NCBI GenBank assembly: GCA_963800025.1 | Contig: CAWCZK010000005.1 | Location: 269,184-333,183, forward strand | Source: an uncultured Acidobacteriaceae bacterium | Lineage (GTDB): Bacteria > Acidobacteriota > Terriglobia > Terriglobales > Acidobacteriaceae | Reading direction: 5' to 3' | Length of the DNA: 64,000 nt | In this document: one piece after another, positions 51,213 to 60,486 of the stretch | How positions within the stretch are numbered: the first letter of the stretch is position 1 | How the letters are laid out: each line of letters begins with the position of its first letter | The notes under the pieces: generated by a model | Database searches by the model: none | What the model was told of the DNA's origin: nothing | Seen by the model: the letters and a program-made list of their open reading frames with translations, nothing else | Translations under genes and position numbers: made by a program

Positions 51213-53396
51213 TTATTCCGGTTTGGCCTGACCAACGGCGCTGTCCTCTTTGGCCAGCCTGACGCGTGCGCCTTCCAGCTTTTTCTGCACCTTCTCCACG
51301 TCGCCCGGCTCTATGTCGGCGGCAGATGACTTTGCGAATTCATCGAGCGAAAGCTGCCACTGTGCCGCAGCCAGCCGGATGCGGCCGGTCTTTTCGTAGA
51401 GGTCGCCCAGGTGCATGTGCACTGTGGGATCGGTCTGGTCGCGATTGACGGCCTGCCGCAGGTTGTCCTCCGCCAGCTCGTACTCGCCCATCTTGAAATA
51501 GACCCAACCCAGCGAATCGAGGTACGCGCCATTCCCGGGCTCGATATCGACGGCCTGGCGAATCATTTTGAGAGCTTCCGGCAGCTTCACGCCTTTATCC
51601 GCCCACATATAACCGAGATAATTCAGGGTCATCGCGTTGTCAGGATCCAGGCTCAACGCCTGGCGGAAGAATTGCTCGGCCTGATCCAGGTGCTTCTGAC
51701 GCTCGGCACACTCGCCGCGGAGAAAGAACAAGTAGGTTCGGTCATCCTTCTTGGTCGCCAGCGGATCTGCCTTATCCAGCGCATCCTCTGCGTCCTTCCA
51801 GCGGTGCAGACGAACGTTCATCTGCGCCAGCGCAAACCAAACCCCACGCTGCTGGTCAGGAGTCGCTCCTTCAAGCAGGCTTTTTGCCATAGCCAGCCCT
51901 TCATCAGGATGATCCTGGTCGGCGAGTTCCCCGGCAAGCATCAGCTTCAGGTCGCGGTCCTGGGGATTGGCGGCAACAGCCTTGCGGGAGACCGCGATCG
52001 CCTTGTCAAACTGATGAGCCGTGCGGTACGCGTCCACTTGACCCTGGTAGCCACGCGCTGCATAACTTTCACCCATATCGATCATCTTCTGGTACGCAGC
52101 GACTGCCGGATCGGTCTTGTTCTCCTCGAGATAAACAGCCCCAAGGCGTTCCAGAAAGATAGCCCGGTTGCTTTTCTCATCTTCCTTGTACGCGCCATTG
52201 GCGTGCGAAGTGGCGTCGACCATTTCCTGGTAGGTTTGAATGGCGTCATCGAAGCGGCCTAGAATGTCGAGGAGCAGCCCTTCATTGAAGCCCGCCTCCA
52301 ATGAAGTCGGATCGATTTTTCGCGCTTTGCGAATTGTGGCCAGCGCGTCTTCGTATTTGCCCTGGCGTCGTTGAATCTCGCCGATGTGGACCAGAGCCTC
52401 GGTGTTTTCCGGGTCGGCCTCGGCAAGCGCCTGATACTCCTTGAGGGCCTCATCGAGTTCGTCGGCGCTGAGAAGAGCGGCGGCAAGGGCATCCATCGTC
52501 TGCAGGTCGCCAGGCTCCAGATCCTCAGCGCGTTGATAGGCGGCGATGGCGTCCTTGGGCTGCTTTAGCTGGTCGTACAGGGCACCCAGGGTAAATTCCA
52601 TCTTCGGCGTTCGACCACTCACGGGAACCGCCTCAATGGCCTTTACGGCATGTGGTAAGTCGCCACTTTCTGCATACAGCCGCGCCAGGTTCAGAACCAC
52701 CTCTTCTGACTCCGGTTCAATAGCCTGCGCAGTCTTGAATTCGGCCTCTGCCTTTTCCGGCAGATGTTTAACCGTATAAAGCTGCCCCAGGACCATGTGG
52801 TCTTCCACGCTTCTGGGCTGAAGCGCAACAATCTTCTCGAATTCGGCAATTGCCTGGTCGAGCACGTTGCCGGAGCTCACCGACGATGCGCCGCCGTTTG
52901 CGCCCTCGCCCAGTTGCCTCAGGTAAATGCGCCCCAAAAGCCGGTGCGCGTCGATATCGTCAGGATGGGACTTCAGCAGCGTGCGCGCCGTCGTCTCGGC
53001 ATCGTGCACGCGGTCGGCGCGGAAGTAAAGCCCCGCCAAATCGTCGCTCAGCTCGGCGGAATCGGGATCGGCATCGAGGGCAAGCTTGTACTGTTCGATA
53101 GCCTGGTTCAGTTCATCGGTACGCCCTTCGGAGATGGCGTCATCCTCATAAACGCTGGCCAATGCCAAGTGATAGTAAGCCTGGGCGCGGTCAGGTTCTG
53201 TCATCGCTGCTTTATCGGGCGTTATTGCCGGTTTCGAACCAGCATCGGCCTTTGCAGTTTCCAATGGCGCGGCCTTGGTCGGGGTCACCGGGCTGGTCAC
53301 CGGCGAATTCTGCGCCCGGGCGAACCCGAGTGGCAGCAAAAAGAGAATCGCGACGGCATACTTGGGCGCGACACGAAGCGGGAGTTTTCTCATCAT
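51213..53396 (-). CDS. Secreted tetratricopeptide-repeat (TPR) protein
   Basis: ORF 51213..53444, trimmed to ATG 53396 (MMRKLPLRVAPKYAVAILFLLPLGFARAQ, a signal peptide). It has more than 15 TPR-like units (recurrent AxxxYxxALxxxPxxxxAxxxLGxxY). Confidence 0.8.
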   Translation of the reverse strand: MMRKLPLRVAPKYAVAILFLLPLGFARAQNSPVTSPVTPTKAAPLETAKADAGSKPAITPDKAAMTEPDRAQAYYHLALASVYEDDAISEGRTDELNQAIEQYKLALDADPDSAELSDDLAGLYFRADRVHDAETTARTLLKSHPDDIDAHRLLGRIYLRQLGEGANGGASSVSSGNVLDQAIAEFEKIVALQPRSVEDHMVLGQLYTVKHLPEKAEAEFKTAQAIEPESEEVVLNLARLYAESGDLPHAVKAIEAVPVSGRTPKMEFTLGALYDQLKQPKDAIAAYQRAEDLEPGDLQTMDALAAALLSADELDEALKEYQALAEADPENTEALVHIGEIQRRQGKYEDALATIRKARKIDPTSLEAGFNEGLLLDILGRFDDAIQTYQEMVDATSHANGAYKEDEKSNRAIFLERLGAVYLEENKTDPAVAAYQKMIDMGESYAARGYQGQVDAYRTAHQFDKAIAVSRKAVAANPQDRDLKLMLAGELADQDHPDEGLAMAKSLLEGATPDQQRGVWFALAQMNVRLHRWKDAEDALDKADPLATKKDDRTYLFFLRGECAERQKHLDQAEQFFRQALSLDPDNAMTLNYLGYMWADKGVKLPEALKMIRQAVDIEPGNGAYLDSLGWVYFKMGEYELAEDNLRQAVNRDQTDPTVHMHLGDLYEKTGRIRLAAAQWQLSLDEFAKSSAADIEPGDVEKVQKKLEGARVRLAKEDSAVGQAKPE

Positions 53397-53606
53397 GAAG
53401 GGAATTCCATAGGTTCTTAGCCGCAAATCAGGCAAGAAAGACACGGCACAGGCAGCGGATACTCAAGCGAACCTGCCTACCAGTAAGACGATTTTACCTG
53501 TCATTCGTCGCAAATGCGCGGCAGATTGCGGGATTTCCTGAAACTAAAGGGTCACAACGCGGGCAGACAACTCCCCCGCCGATTCTGTGCCCGTCTCTAA
53601 GGCTTC

Positions 53607-55220
53607 TCAGTGCCGGAAATGTCTGATTCCGGTCAAGACCATGGCCAGACCCAATTTGTCCGCCGCGGCAATGACTTCCTCGTCCCGAACCGACCCGCCC
53701 GGCTGAATGACCGCGGTCGCTCCTGCCTGGGCAACAGCCTCGAGGCCGTCCGGGAAGGGAAAGAATGCGTCGGAGGCGGCAACACAGTTTTTCAGTGGCA
53801 GCACAGCCTTCATGGCGCCGAATTTGGCGGCGTCCACACGGCTCATCTGTCCTGCACCCACGCCCAGCGTCTGGCCGTCGCGCGCGTAAACGATGGCGTT
53901 CGATTTGACGTGCTTGCATACACGCCATGCAAAGAGCAGGCTGCGCAATTCGTCGGCTGAGGGTGGACGCCATGTGACCACCTTCAGTTCCGACTCTGTC
54001 ACGCGGCCGGTGTCGGCGTCCTGCAATAGGAGCCCTCCGGAGACATGCTTGACCACCGGGCCCGGTTCGGCGGCGCGAACCTCCACAAGGCGCAGGTTCT
54101 TCTTTGCGGCAAAGCGTTCGCGGGCTTCAGGTGAGAAACCCGGCGCCGCGATCGCCTCGACGAAGAGCTTGGCGATCTCCTCGGCGGCGTTCGCGTCCAC
54201 TTCGCGGTTGATGCCGATGACTCCGCCGAAGGCAGAGACCGGATCACAGGCCAGCGCTTTTTGGTAAGCCTCAAGAATCGTCACGCCGGTGGCAGCTCCG
54301 CAGGGGTTGGTGTGTTTGACGATGATGACGGCGGGTTCTTCAAACTCCTGCGCCAGCTCCCAGCATGCGTCCAAATCGACAAGGTTGTTAAAGCTCAGTT
54401 CCTTGCCCTGCAACTGCGTTGCGCCAGCGATGCCGCGGCCGGAGCCGTCGGCATAAAGCGCGGCGCGCTGATGCGGGTTTTCTCCGTAACGCAGCGCCTG
54501 AGCCAGTGGAAGATTGATGCGCAAGGTGGAAGGAAGAGAAGCGAGATCAGGCGCTGCGGGAGAAGCAGGAAGCGGAGCCTCGGCAATCCGCTCCAGGGTG
54601 TTCGCAATAGCCGCGTCGTAGGCAGCGGTGAGCGCGAAGGCCTGCTTTGCCAGCCGCCAGCGTGTGGCGCGAGTAAGCGCACCGCCATTGGCTTTCAGCT
54701 CTTCGACCAGGGCCGCGTAGTCCGACACGCGGGTCACGATCGCAACATCCTCAAAATTCTTTGCTGCGGATCGTACCATCGAAGGCCCGCCAATATCGAT
54801 GTTTTCGATGAGGTGCCCAAAGCCAACACCCGGCTGCGCCGCGGTCTTCTCGAAAGCGTAGAGATTCACCACCACCATGTCGATGGGCTCGATGCCGTGA
54901 GCCGCCACTGCGGCTTCGTGCTCCGCATTGCCGCGAATGTAAAGCAGGCCCCCGTGCACGCGCGGATGCAGCGTCTTCACCCGGCCATCGAGCATTTCCG
55001 GGAAACCCGTCAGCTCGCCGATGTCCTTGACCGCCAGACCGGCCTCGCGCAGCGCTTTTGCCGTCCCCCCGGTCGAAACCAGTTCCACACCAAAACCCTT
55101 GAGCACCTGCGCAAATTCAACCAGTCCGCTTTTGTCGGTCACACTCAGCAGCGCGCGGCGAATGGGCTTCGCGCCAATTTGGTTTGCGGCAGTATCACGT
55201 GTATCGAATTCCGAGCTCAA
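53607..55220 (-). CDS. purH: Bifunctional AICAR transformylase / IMP cyclohydrolase
   Basis: ORF 53607..55619, trimmed to in-frame TTG 55220 (6 nt after AGGAG). It has [29 protein letters not shown] and the terminal GIRHFRH. Confidence 0.9.
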   Translation of the reverse strand: MSSEFDTRDTAANQIGAKPIRRALLSVTDKSGLVEFAQVLKGFGVELVSTGGTAKALREAGLAVKDIGELTGFPEMLDGRVKTLHPRVHGGLLYIRGNAEHEAAVAAHGIEPIDMVVVNLYAFEKTAAQPGVGFGHLIENIDIGGPSMVRSAAKNFEDVAIVTRVSDYAALVEELKANGGALTRATRWRLAKQAFALTAAYDAAIANTLERIAEAPLPASPAAPDLASLPSTLRINLPLAQALRYGENPHQRAALYADGSGRGIAGATQLQGKELSFNNLVDLDACWELAQEFEEPAVIIVKHTNPCGAATGVTILEAYQKALACDPVSAFGGVIGINREVDANAAEEIAKLFVEAIAAPGFSPEARERFAAKKNLRLVEVRAAEPGPVVKHVSGGLLLQDADTGRVTESELKVVTWRPPSADELRSLLFAWRVCKHVKSNAIVYARDGQTLGVGAGQMSRVDAAKFGAMKAVLPLKNCVAASDAFFPFPDGLEAVAQAGATAVIQPGGSVRDEEVIAAADKLGLAMVLTGIRHFRH

Positions 55221-55427
55221 AACGCCACTCCTGATTGTCAAAATCCGCCGCGGCCCGCATGCTACTTCGGCACGGGCCGCCGCGGGCAGATCAAATTCCA
55301 GACTACATCGCTGCGGCGAGCCGAATGTCGAAGCGTGGAACCAGGCTGTGGATGGCGGTTCGTATTGCACTTCGCCCGCTGGAAACCCTGGGCAGGCGTT
55401 TACATAGGAATGCTTTAGAGTGATGGT

Positions 55428-56267
55428 ATGGGAAGTTATTCCTCGACGCCCCCGCCGGAGATTCTGCCTCCCTCGATTGAGACCGCGCCGCCGCAACGGC
55501 GACGGCGTCCCGCATGGGCGGAATCGCCTGCTACCTATCTCCTCGTCGGCATCAATTGCGCCGTGTTTGTGGCCATGGTGGCGCGCGGCTGCAGCGTGTG
55601 GATGCCGACCCTCGATCAATTAATGGTTTGGGGCGCCGACAGACCCAACAATGTGCTGGTTTACGGGGAATGGTGGCGCATTGTTACCGCGATGTTTGTA
55701 CATGTGGGCATTCTTCACCTGGCTACAAACATGTGGTGCCTGTGGAACCTTGGATTGCTTGCCGAGCCTCTGATGGGATCGTTCGGTTTGTTCGCTGCCT
55801 ACATCCTCACCGGCGCTGCCGGGAATTTGCTTTCCACCTTCTACAACTGGGTACGGCCGATTCACGATGCATCAGGAGCGGCCTATTTTCAGGCCGGGGC
55901 GGGAGCGTCTGGCGCGGTCTTTGGCATTGCCGGCGCGCTTATCGTGCTGCTGAAGTCAAGAATGTTGCCGGTGCCGCCGCAGGAAGTGCGAAAACTGCGC
56001 AAGTCCGTGATTTACTTTGCCGCCATCAATCTCGTGATCGGTCTCTCGATCAACTTCGGCAGCGGCTTTACCGGCGTGGAAGTCGACAACTCGGCGCACA
56101 TCGGCGGTTTCCTGTGCGGGCTGCTTTTCGCGGCTCCGATGGTGCCGCGCATTGGCTCGCCGCGCAGTGATTTCCAGTTCAAACTAAGGCTGACGGTCGC
56201 GCTGGTGGTGTTGCTTCTCGTGCTATTCGGGTTTTATGTGGCCCATATACCGCCGCCGCAGAGTTGA
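55428..56267 (+). CDS. Rhomboid-family intramembrane serine protease
   Basis: ORF 55428..56267. It has [21 protein letters not shown], the catalytic GASGAVFG, and AHIGGFLCG (catalytic His). Confidence 0.85.
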   Translation: MGSYSSTPPPEILPPSIETAPPQRRRRPAWAESPATYLLVGINCAVFVAMVARGCSVWMPTLDQLMVWGADRPNNVLVYGEWWRIVTAMFVHVGILHLATNMWCLWNLGLLAEPLMGSFGLFAAYILTGAAGNLLSTFYNWVRPIHDASGAAYFQAGAGASGAVFGIAGALIVLLKSRMLPVPPQEVRKLRKSVIYFAAINLVIGLSINFGSGFTGVEVDNSAHIGGFLCGLLFAAPMVPRIGSPRSDFQFKLRLTVALVVLLLVLFGFYVAHIPPPQS

Positions 56268-56278
56268 GGCCGGCTCAA

Positions 56279-56632
56279 CTACCGCACCGCCGTCGCAGAG
56301 AATTTCTTCACCATGGCCAAAAGCAGCTTTCGGTCGCTCTCATTCAGATTCGTCGAGTAGCGGCGAAGCTGGGTGAGGAAACGCAACTCGTCGTCGGAGA
56401 GATTCTGCGTATTCATCTGCCGGGACAGGGTGTCGCTGGCAAAGAATTGCGCGATGGGCAGGTCGAGCGCGTGCGCGATTTTGGCCAGCGTGTCCAGCGA
56501 GGGCACGGTATGGCCATTCTCCACGCGCGAGAGATAGCAGCGTAATAGTCCGGTTTTCTTTTCGATATCCCCCTGCGACAATCCTTTTTGCAGGCGGTAG
56601 GCGCGAATCGTGGTCCCGATCTTTATGCTCAT
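56279..56632 (-). CDS. XRE-family helix-turn-helix transcriptional regulator
   Basis: ORF 56279..56632. It has IRAYRLQKGLSQGDIEKKTGLLRCYLSRVENGHTVPSLDTLAKIAHAL. Confidence 0.85.
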   Translation of the reverse strand: MSIKIGTTIRAYRLQKGLSQGDIEKKTGLLRCYLSRVENGHTVPSLDTLAKIAHALDLPIAQFFASDTLSRQMNTQNLSDDELRFLTQLRRYSTNLNESDRKLLLAMVKKFSATAVR

Positions 56633-56646
56633 TGGGCGTCCTTGTG

Positions 56647-56668
56647 TGCCACGTTTACTTACGTGGCA
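56647..56668. promoter_or_regulatory. Inverted repeat TGCCACGT-N6-ACGTGGCA, 15 nt upstream of the XRE regulator start (candidate autoregulatory operator)
   Basis: The arms are perfect 8-bp repeats at 56647-56654 and 56661-56668. A second palindrome, TTAACT-N4-AGTTAA, lies at 56684-56699. Confidence 0.45.
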
Positions 56669-56854
56669 GCTATCAGAAAACTATTAACTTGAGAGTTAAC
56701 ATGGTGCGCCCGGGGATTGCAAGTGCAAATCTCTTCTTGGGGTTCAATTGATCAACCGCAGGTCACGTCCTTTCGGCCCGGGCTTCGGCTTCGTAAACCT
56801 TCACGCGGCAAGGCTCGTCAGACTGAATACTGATAAGAGAGGTCGGGAAACCCA

Positions 56855-59800
56855 ATGTGGCAGGCAGCAATGAGGCGTGCGAGTGCGGCGGGGTATGTTT
56901 TCGCCGCATGCGTGATCGCATGGCCGCAGCCTCCTGCGACGCAAACTCCGGCGGAACAAACTCCTTCAACCATCGCTGCACCGGCCGGATCGTCATCGCC
57001 CGAAACCGTCACCGGCGGCAAACTGCGTGGCGTAGTCAAGAGCGGCACCATCCCGCTGCCGGGCGTCACTGTCACTGCGCAGAACACCCTCACCGGCAAA
57101 CGCTATTCCACGACCACCGACATTACCGGCTCGTGGCAGTTGAATATTCCGCAAAATGGCCGTTATGTCATCCGCACTCAATTCGCGGCGTTCGCTCAAG
57201 GATCTCAGGAAGCCGTTTTGAATGCTTCCACGCACGACCAGACCGTGAACTTCGAGCTGATTCTTGCTTCGCGGCAAGCTGAGATCGATCGGCAACTGGC
57301 TCAACAAGTCGCCCGCCAGGGCGGCGGCGAGCAAATCGTTCAGCAGATGGCGGGCACTGCGACTGAGAACATGAGCCTGCTGAATGCGCTGAGCTCCGAC
57401 ACAGACACAACCGCCGGCTCGGACCGGAGCCAGCGGCACTGCTTTGCCCTCAATCGCCGGCAACTCCGATTTCAGTGAGGAGTCCGTTGCGATTAGCGGG
57501 CAGGCGGGCCAGGTGAGCGCGCTGGCTGGCCTCGATCCCGATCGTATTCGCGATGCGGCGCTATCGATTCAAGCGCAAGGCGGCCTCAATGGACAAGGTG
57601 GTCAAACCGGCCAGGGCGGACTGTTTGGCGGCTACGGGGGCGGCGGAGGCTTTGGTGGTGCATTTGGAGGGGGTGGCTTCGGCGGCGGGGGATTCGGTGG
57701 TGGGGCCGGAGGATTCGGCGGAAGAGGGGGCGGGGCAGGGGGCGGACGCGGGAACTTCCGCAACTTCAATCCCGGACAGCCGCACGGGGCCATTGCCTGG
57801 AACGGCACGAATTCGGCCATCAATGCGCTTCCGTTTTCGCTTCTCGGGCAGCCGCAGATGCAGCCGCCCAATGGATCGAATCGCTTCACGCTCTCTTTGA
57901 TGAGCGCACCGTATCTTCCGCACCTGACCAAGCCCAGCGGCAAGGACACAGTCTTTCTCACTCTTTCCGGCACGCGCCAATCAACGCCCCACGATTTTTA
58001 TGCGACAGTTCCCACCGATGCGGAACGCACGGGCGATTTCTCGGCCGCCGGATTGCCGCCGATCTACGATCCCGTCACCGGCCAGCAATTCACCTACAAC
58101 GCCACGCCCAACGTGATTCCGCCAACGGGAATTCCGGGCCAGTCCATCTCTCCGCAGGCGATGGCGCTTCTCAACTATTTCCCCGCACCGAATCTGCCAG
58201 CTGGAAGCACCATCAACGGCTACAACTATCACCTGCTGACCACTGGCCAATCGAATTCCACGCAAGCCGGCATCCGCTATAACCGCAGCCTCGGAGCGAA
58301 TGCCACGCAGCCCGGCGGGCGCGGCGGATTCGGGGGCGGAGGACGCCGCAACGGTTCGGCGAATCAGGGCCTTCGCCAAAGTATCAATCTCAATTACAAC
58401 TGGTCCCACTCCGCTTCCGACCTGGTGAACCTGTTCCCGGACCTGGGCGGCAAGAGCGCTTCCAGCTCTTATTCTTTGCAGGCGGGCTACACAGTGGGCT
58501 ACCACCGATTCACCAGCATCTCGAATGTCAATTGGAATCGCAGCAACAGCCACACCACGAACTTCTTTACTGACACCACCAACAATCCTGCGGCGGCCGC
58601 CAGCCTGACTATTCCGAACAACGTACCGCTCAACTACGGTGTTCCCGACGTTTCGCTCAGCAACGGCATCCAGGGTCTGAGCGAAACGCAGCCGAGTTTT
58701 TCCATCGCGCAGACCATCTCATTCACTGAAGTCCTGAGCTGGATTCACGGCAAGCACAACATGCGCTTCGGCGGCGACTACCGCCGCGTACACCATGACT
58801 TCCTCGCCGGATCCAATGCCACCGGGGATTTTGCCTTTACAGGATTGTTTACAGAGGATGCCGCGCAGGACCCGGCTACCGGCTCTTCCATCGCCGATTT
58901 TCTGCTCGGATTGCCGCAGTCTACGACGCTCAACTCCTCGCTGGCGAAAAGCTATTTGCGCGACAACGTGGTTGACGCCTACGCCATGGACGACTGGCGG
59001 ATGCTGCCTTCATTCACTTTGAATTACGGTGTGCGCTGGGAGTTCTTCGCGCCTTACACCGAAAAATACGGGCACCTGGCCGACATAGCCACCAATCCCG
59101 ATGGCGGATTCTCAAGCGAGGCCGAGCAGACTGCCGGGATGAATGGGTTGCCCGATTCGCTCGTCCTTCCCTGGCACAAAGCATTCCAGCCCCGCGTCGG
59201 CCTTGCCTGGCGCGTGCCGAAGATCAAGCAGACCGTCGTGCGTGCCGGGTTTGGCACCAACTACACGGTAGGCGAGTACGGGGGCTTTGCTTCGACCATG
59301 GCGCACCAGCCGCCCTTCACGGACCTGCAATCGAATAAGGAGGCTGTGGGGAACACACCGTCGACGGCCTGCGCGCAGACTTTGCCACTGACGTGCTTCG
59401 CCCTGTTCAACAGCACAGGTTTGCCACCTTTTCCCGCACCGAACCCCATCGGCAATTACGCGCTCGATCCCCATTATGGCTTGCCCTACGTGATGGCGTG
59501 GAATCTCGACATTCAGAAGACGCTGCCCTGGGGCATCGTGATGAACATCGGCTATAACGGAGCGCGATCCAATCATCTTGACGTGAAGCTCGCGCCGCGG
59601 GCGCTGCCATCCAGTCCGGGCACCGATCCCACAGGGTTGCTGTTCACCTACGACGAGGCTGCGGCGTATTACAAGATGAATGCCGGCACCGTCCGCGTGA
59701 ACAAGCGGCTGTCTCACGGCGTGTCACTGGGCGCGAACTATCAATACGGTCATGCCATCGACGATGCTACGTCGGTCAACGGAAGTGGCGGCTCCCTGGT

Positions 59801-60404
59801 GCAGGATTGGCAGAATCCGGCCGCGGAGGAGGGCCACTCGGTCCTCGATATCCGCCACCAGGTGAACGGCACTTATCTCTTGGAGCTGCCATTCGGGCCC
59901 GACAAATACTGGATTACGACGGGAGTGGGGTCGCACATCCTTGAAGGGTTTTCCATGTCCGGCAGCTTCAATTTCGCCACCGGATCCTGGCTGTCCCCCG
60001 GATTCGAGCCCACCGCGCAAGGCGTGGAGTGCGGCAACACAAGCGCGCTCCGGCCAAATCTGACAGGACAATCTGTAACCGCCGGCGGCGGTTCGCTGCG
60101 GAAGTGGTTCAACACCGCGGCCTACTCGGCGCCCGGCAATACGCCGGGATTCTGCGATTACTTCGGCAGCGCGCCCCGCAACTCGATTGAAGGGCCAGGT
60201 ACAGTCTCGAATAACATTTCGCTGTCAAAGACCGTGAGCATGGGCGAAACACGCACTCTTGAGATGCGCGCCAACATCACCAACGTCTTTAATACGGTGC
60301 AGTACTCGGGCGTGAACACCACGTATGGCGCGCCGCAATTCGGCCAGGTGACTTCAGTCGGTCAAATGCGGCAATTTCAGTTCATGGCCAGATTCAGGTT
60401 TTGA
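56855..60404 (+). pseudogene. TonB-dependent receptor-like outer membrane protein with a carboxypeptidase-regulatory-like domain and a Gly-rich insert (receptor 2), split by a +1 frame change at about 57405-57443 (or a sequence error)
   Basis: ORF 56855..57478 has a signal peptide plus LRGVVKSGTIPLPGVTVTAQNTLTGKRYSTTTDITGSWQLNIPQNGRYVIRTQFAAF. ORF 57444..60404 continues with LPSIAGNSDFSEESVAISGQAGQ..., the barrel and the terminal ...MARFRF. The second frame is already open upstream (QTQPPARTGASGTALPSIAG). Confidence 0.8.
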
Positions 60405-60407
60405 AGT

Positions 60408-60443
60408 GCAGCGGAGCCAGCGGTGTTAGCGGAGATAGCGGAG
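60408..60443 (+). repeat. Tandem array of four 9-nt units (YAGCGGWGN) starting 4 nt after the receptor-2 stop
   Basis: The units are CAGCGGAGC CAGCGGTGT TAGCGGAGA TAGCGGAGT. This is the same unit family as 32015-32073. Confidence 0.7.
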
Positions 60444-60486
60444 TTGGAAAAGCAAGAGCCGAAAAGATCGGGCGGGCTGGAGTGAG

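Noticed and set aside
54261-55418. 385-aa ORF on the plus strand
   Set aside because: It is antisense to purH, which is unambiguous. The ORF has no domain signature.
55221-55619. Long N-terminal extensions of the purH ORF here, and likewise of ppk1 (16639-16800), the tolC-like ORF (16714-17022), GT39 (2398-2583) and mntR (22276-22407)
   Set aside because: The extensions are Arg/Pro/Gly-rich and not protein-like. They lie in divergent promoter regions. Internal starts reproduce the canonical N-termini of the respective families.
57590-57770. GGC/GGT-rich repetitive DNA, considered as a tandem repeat or CRISPR-like array
   Set aside because: It is in frame within receptor 2 and encodes a Gly-rich (FGG/RGG) low-complexity segment. 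There is no repeat-spacer architecture.
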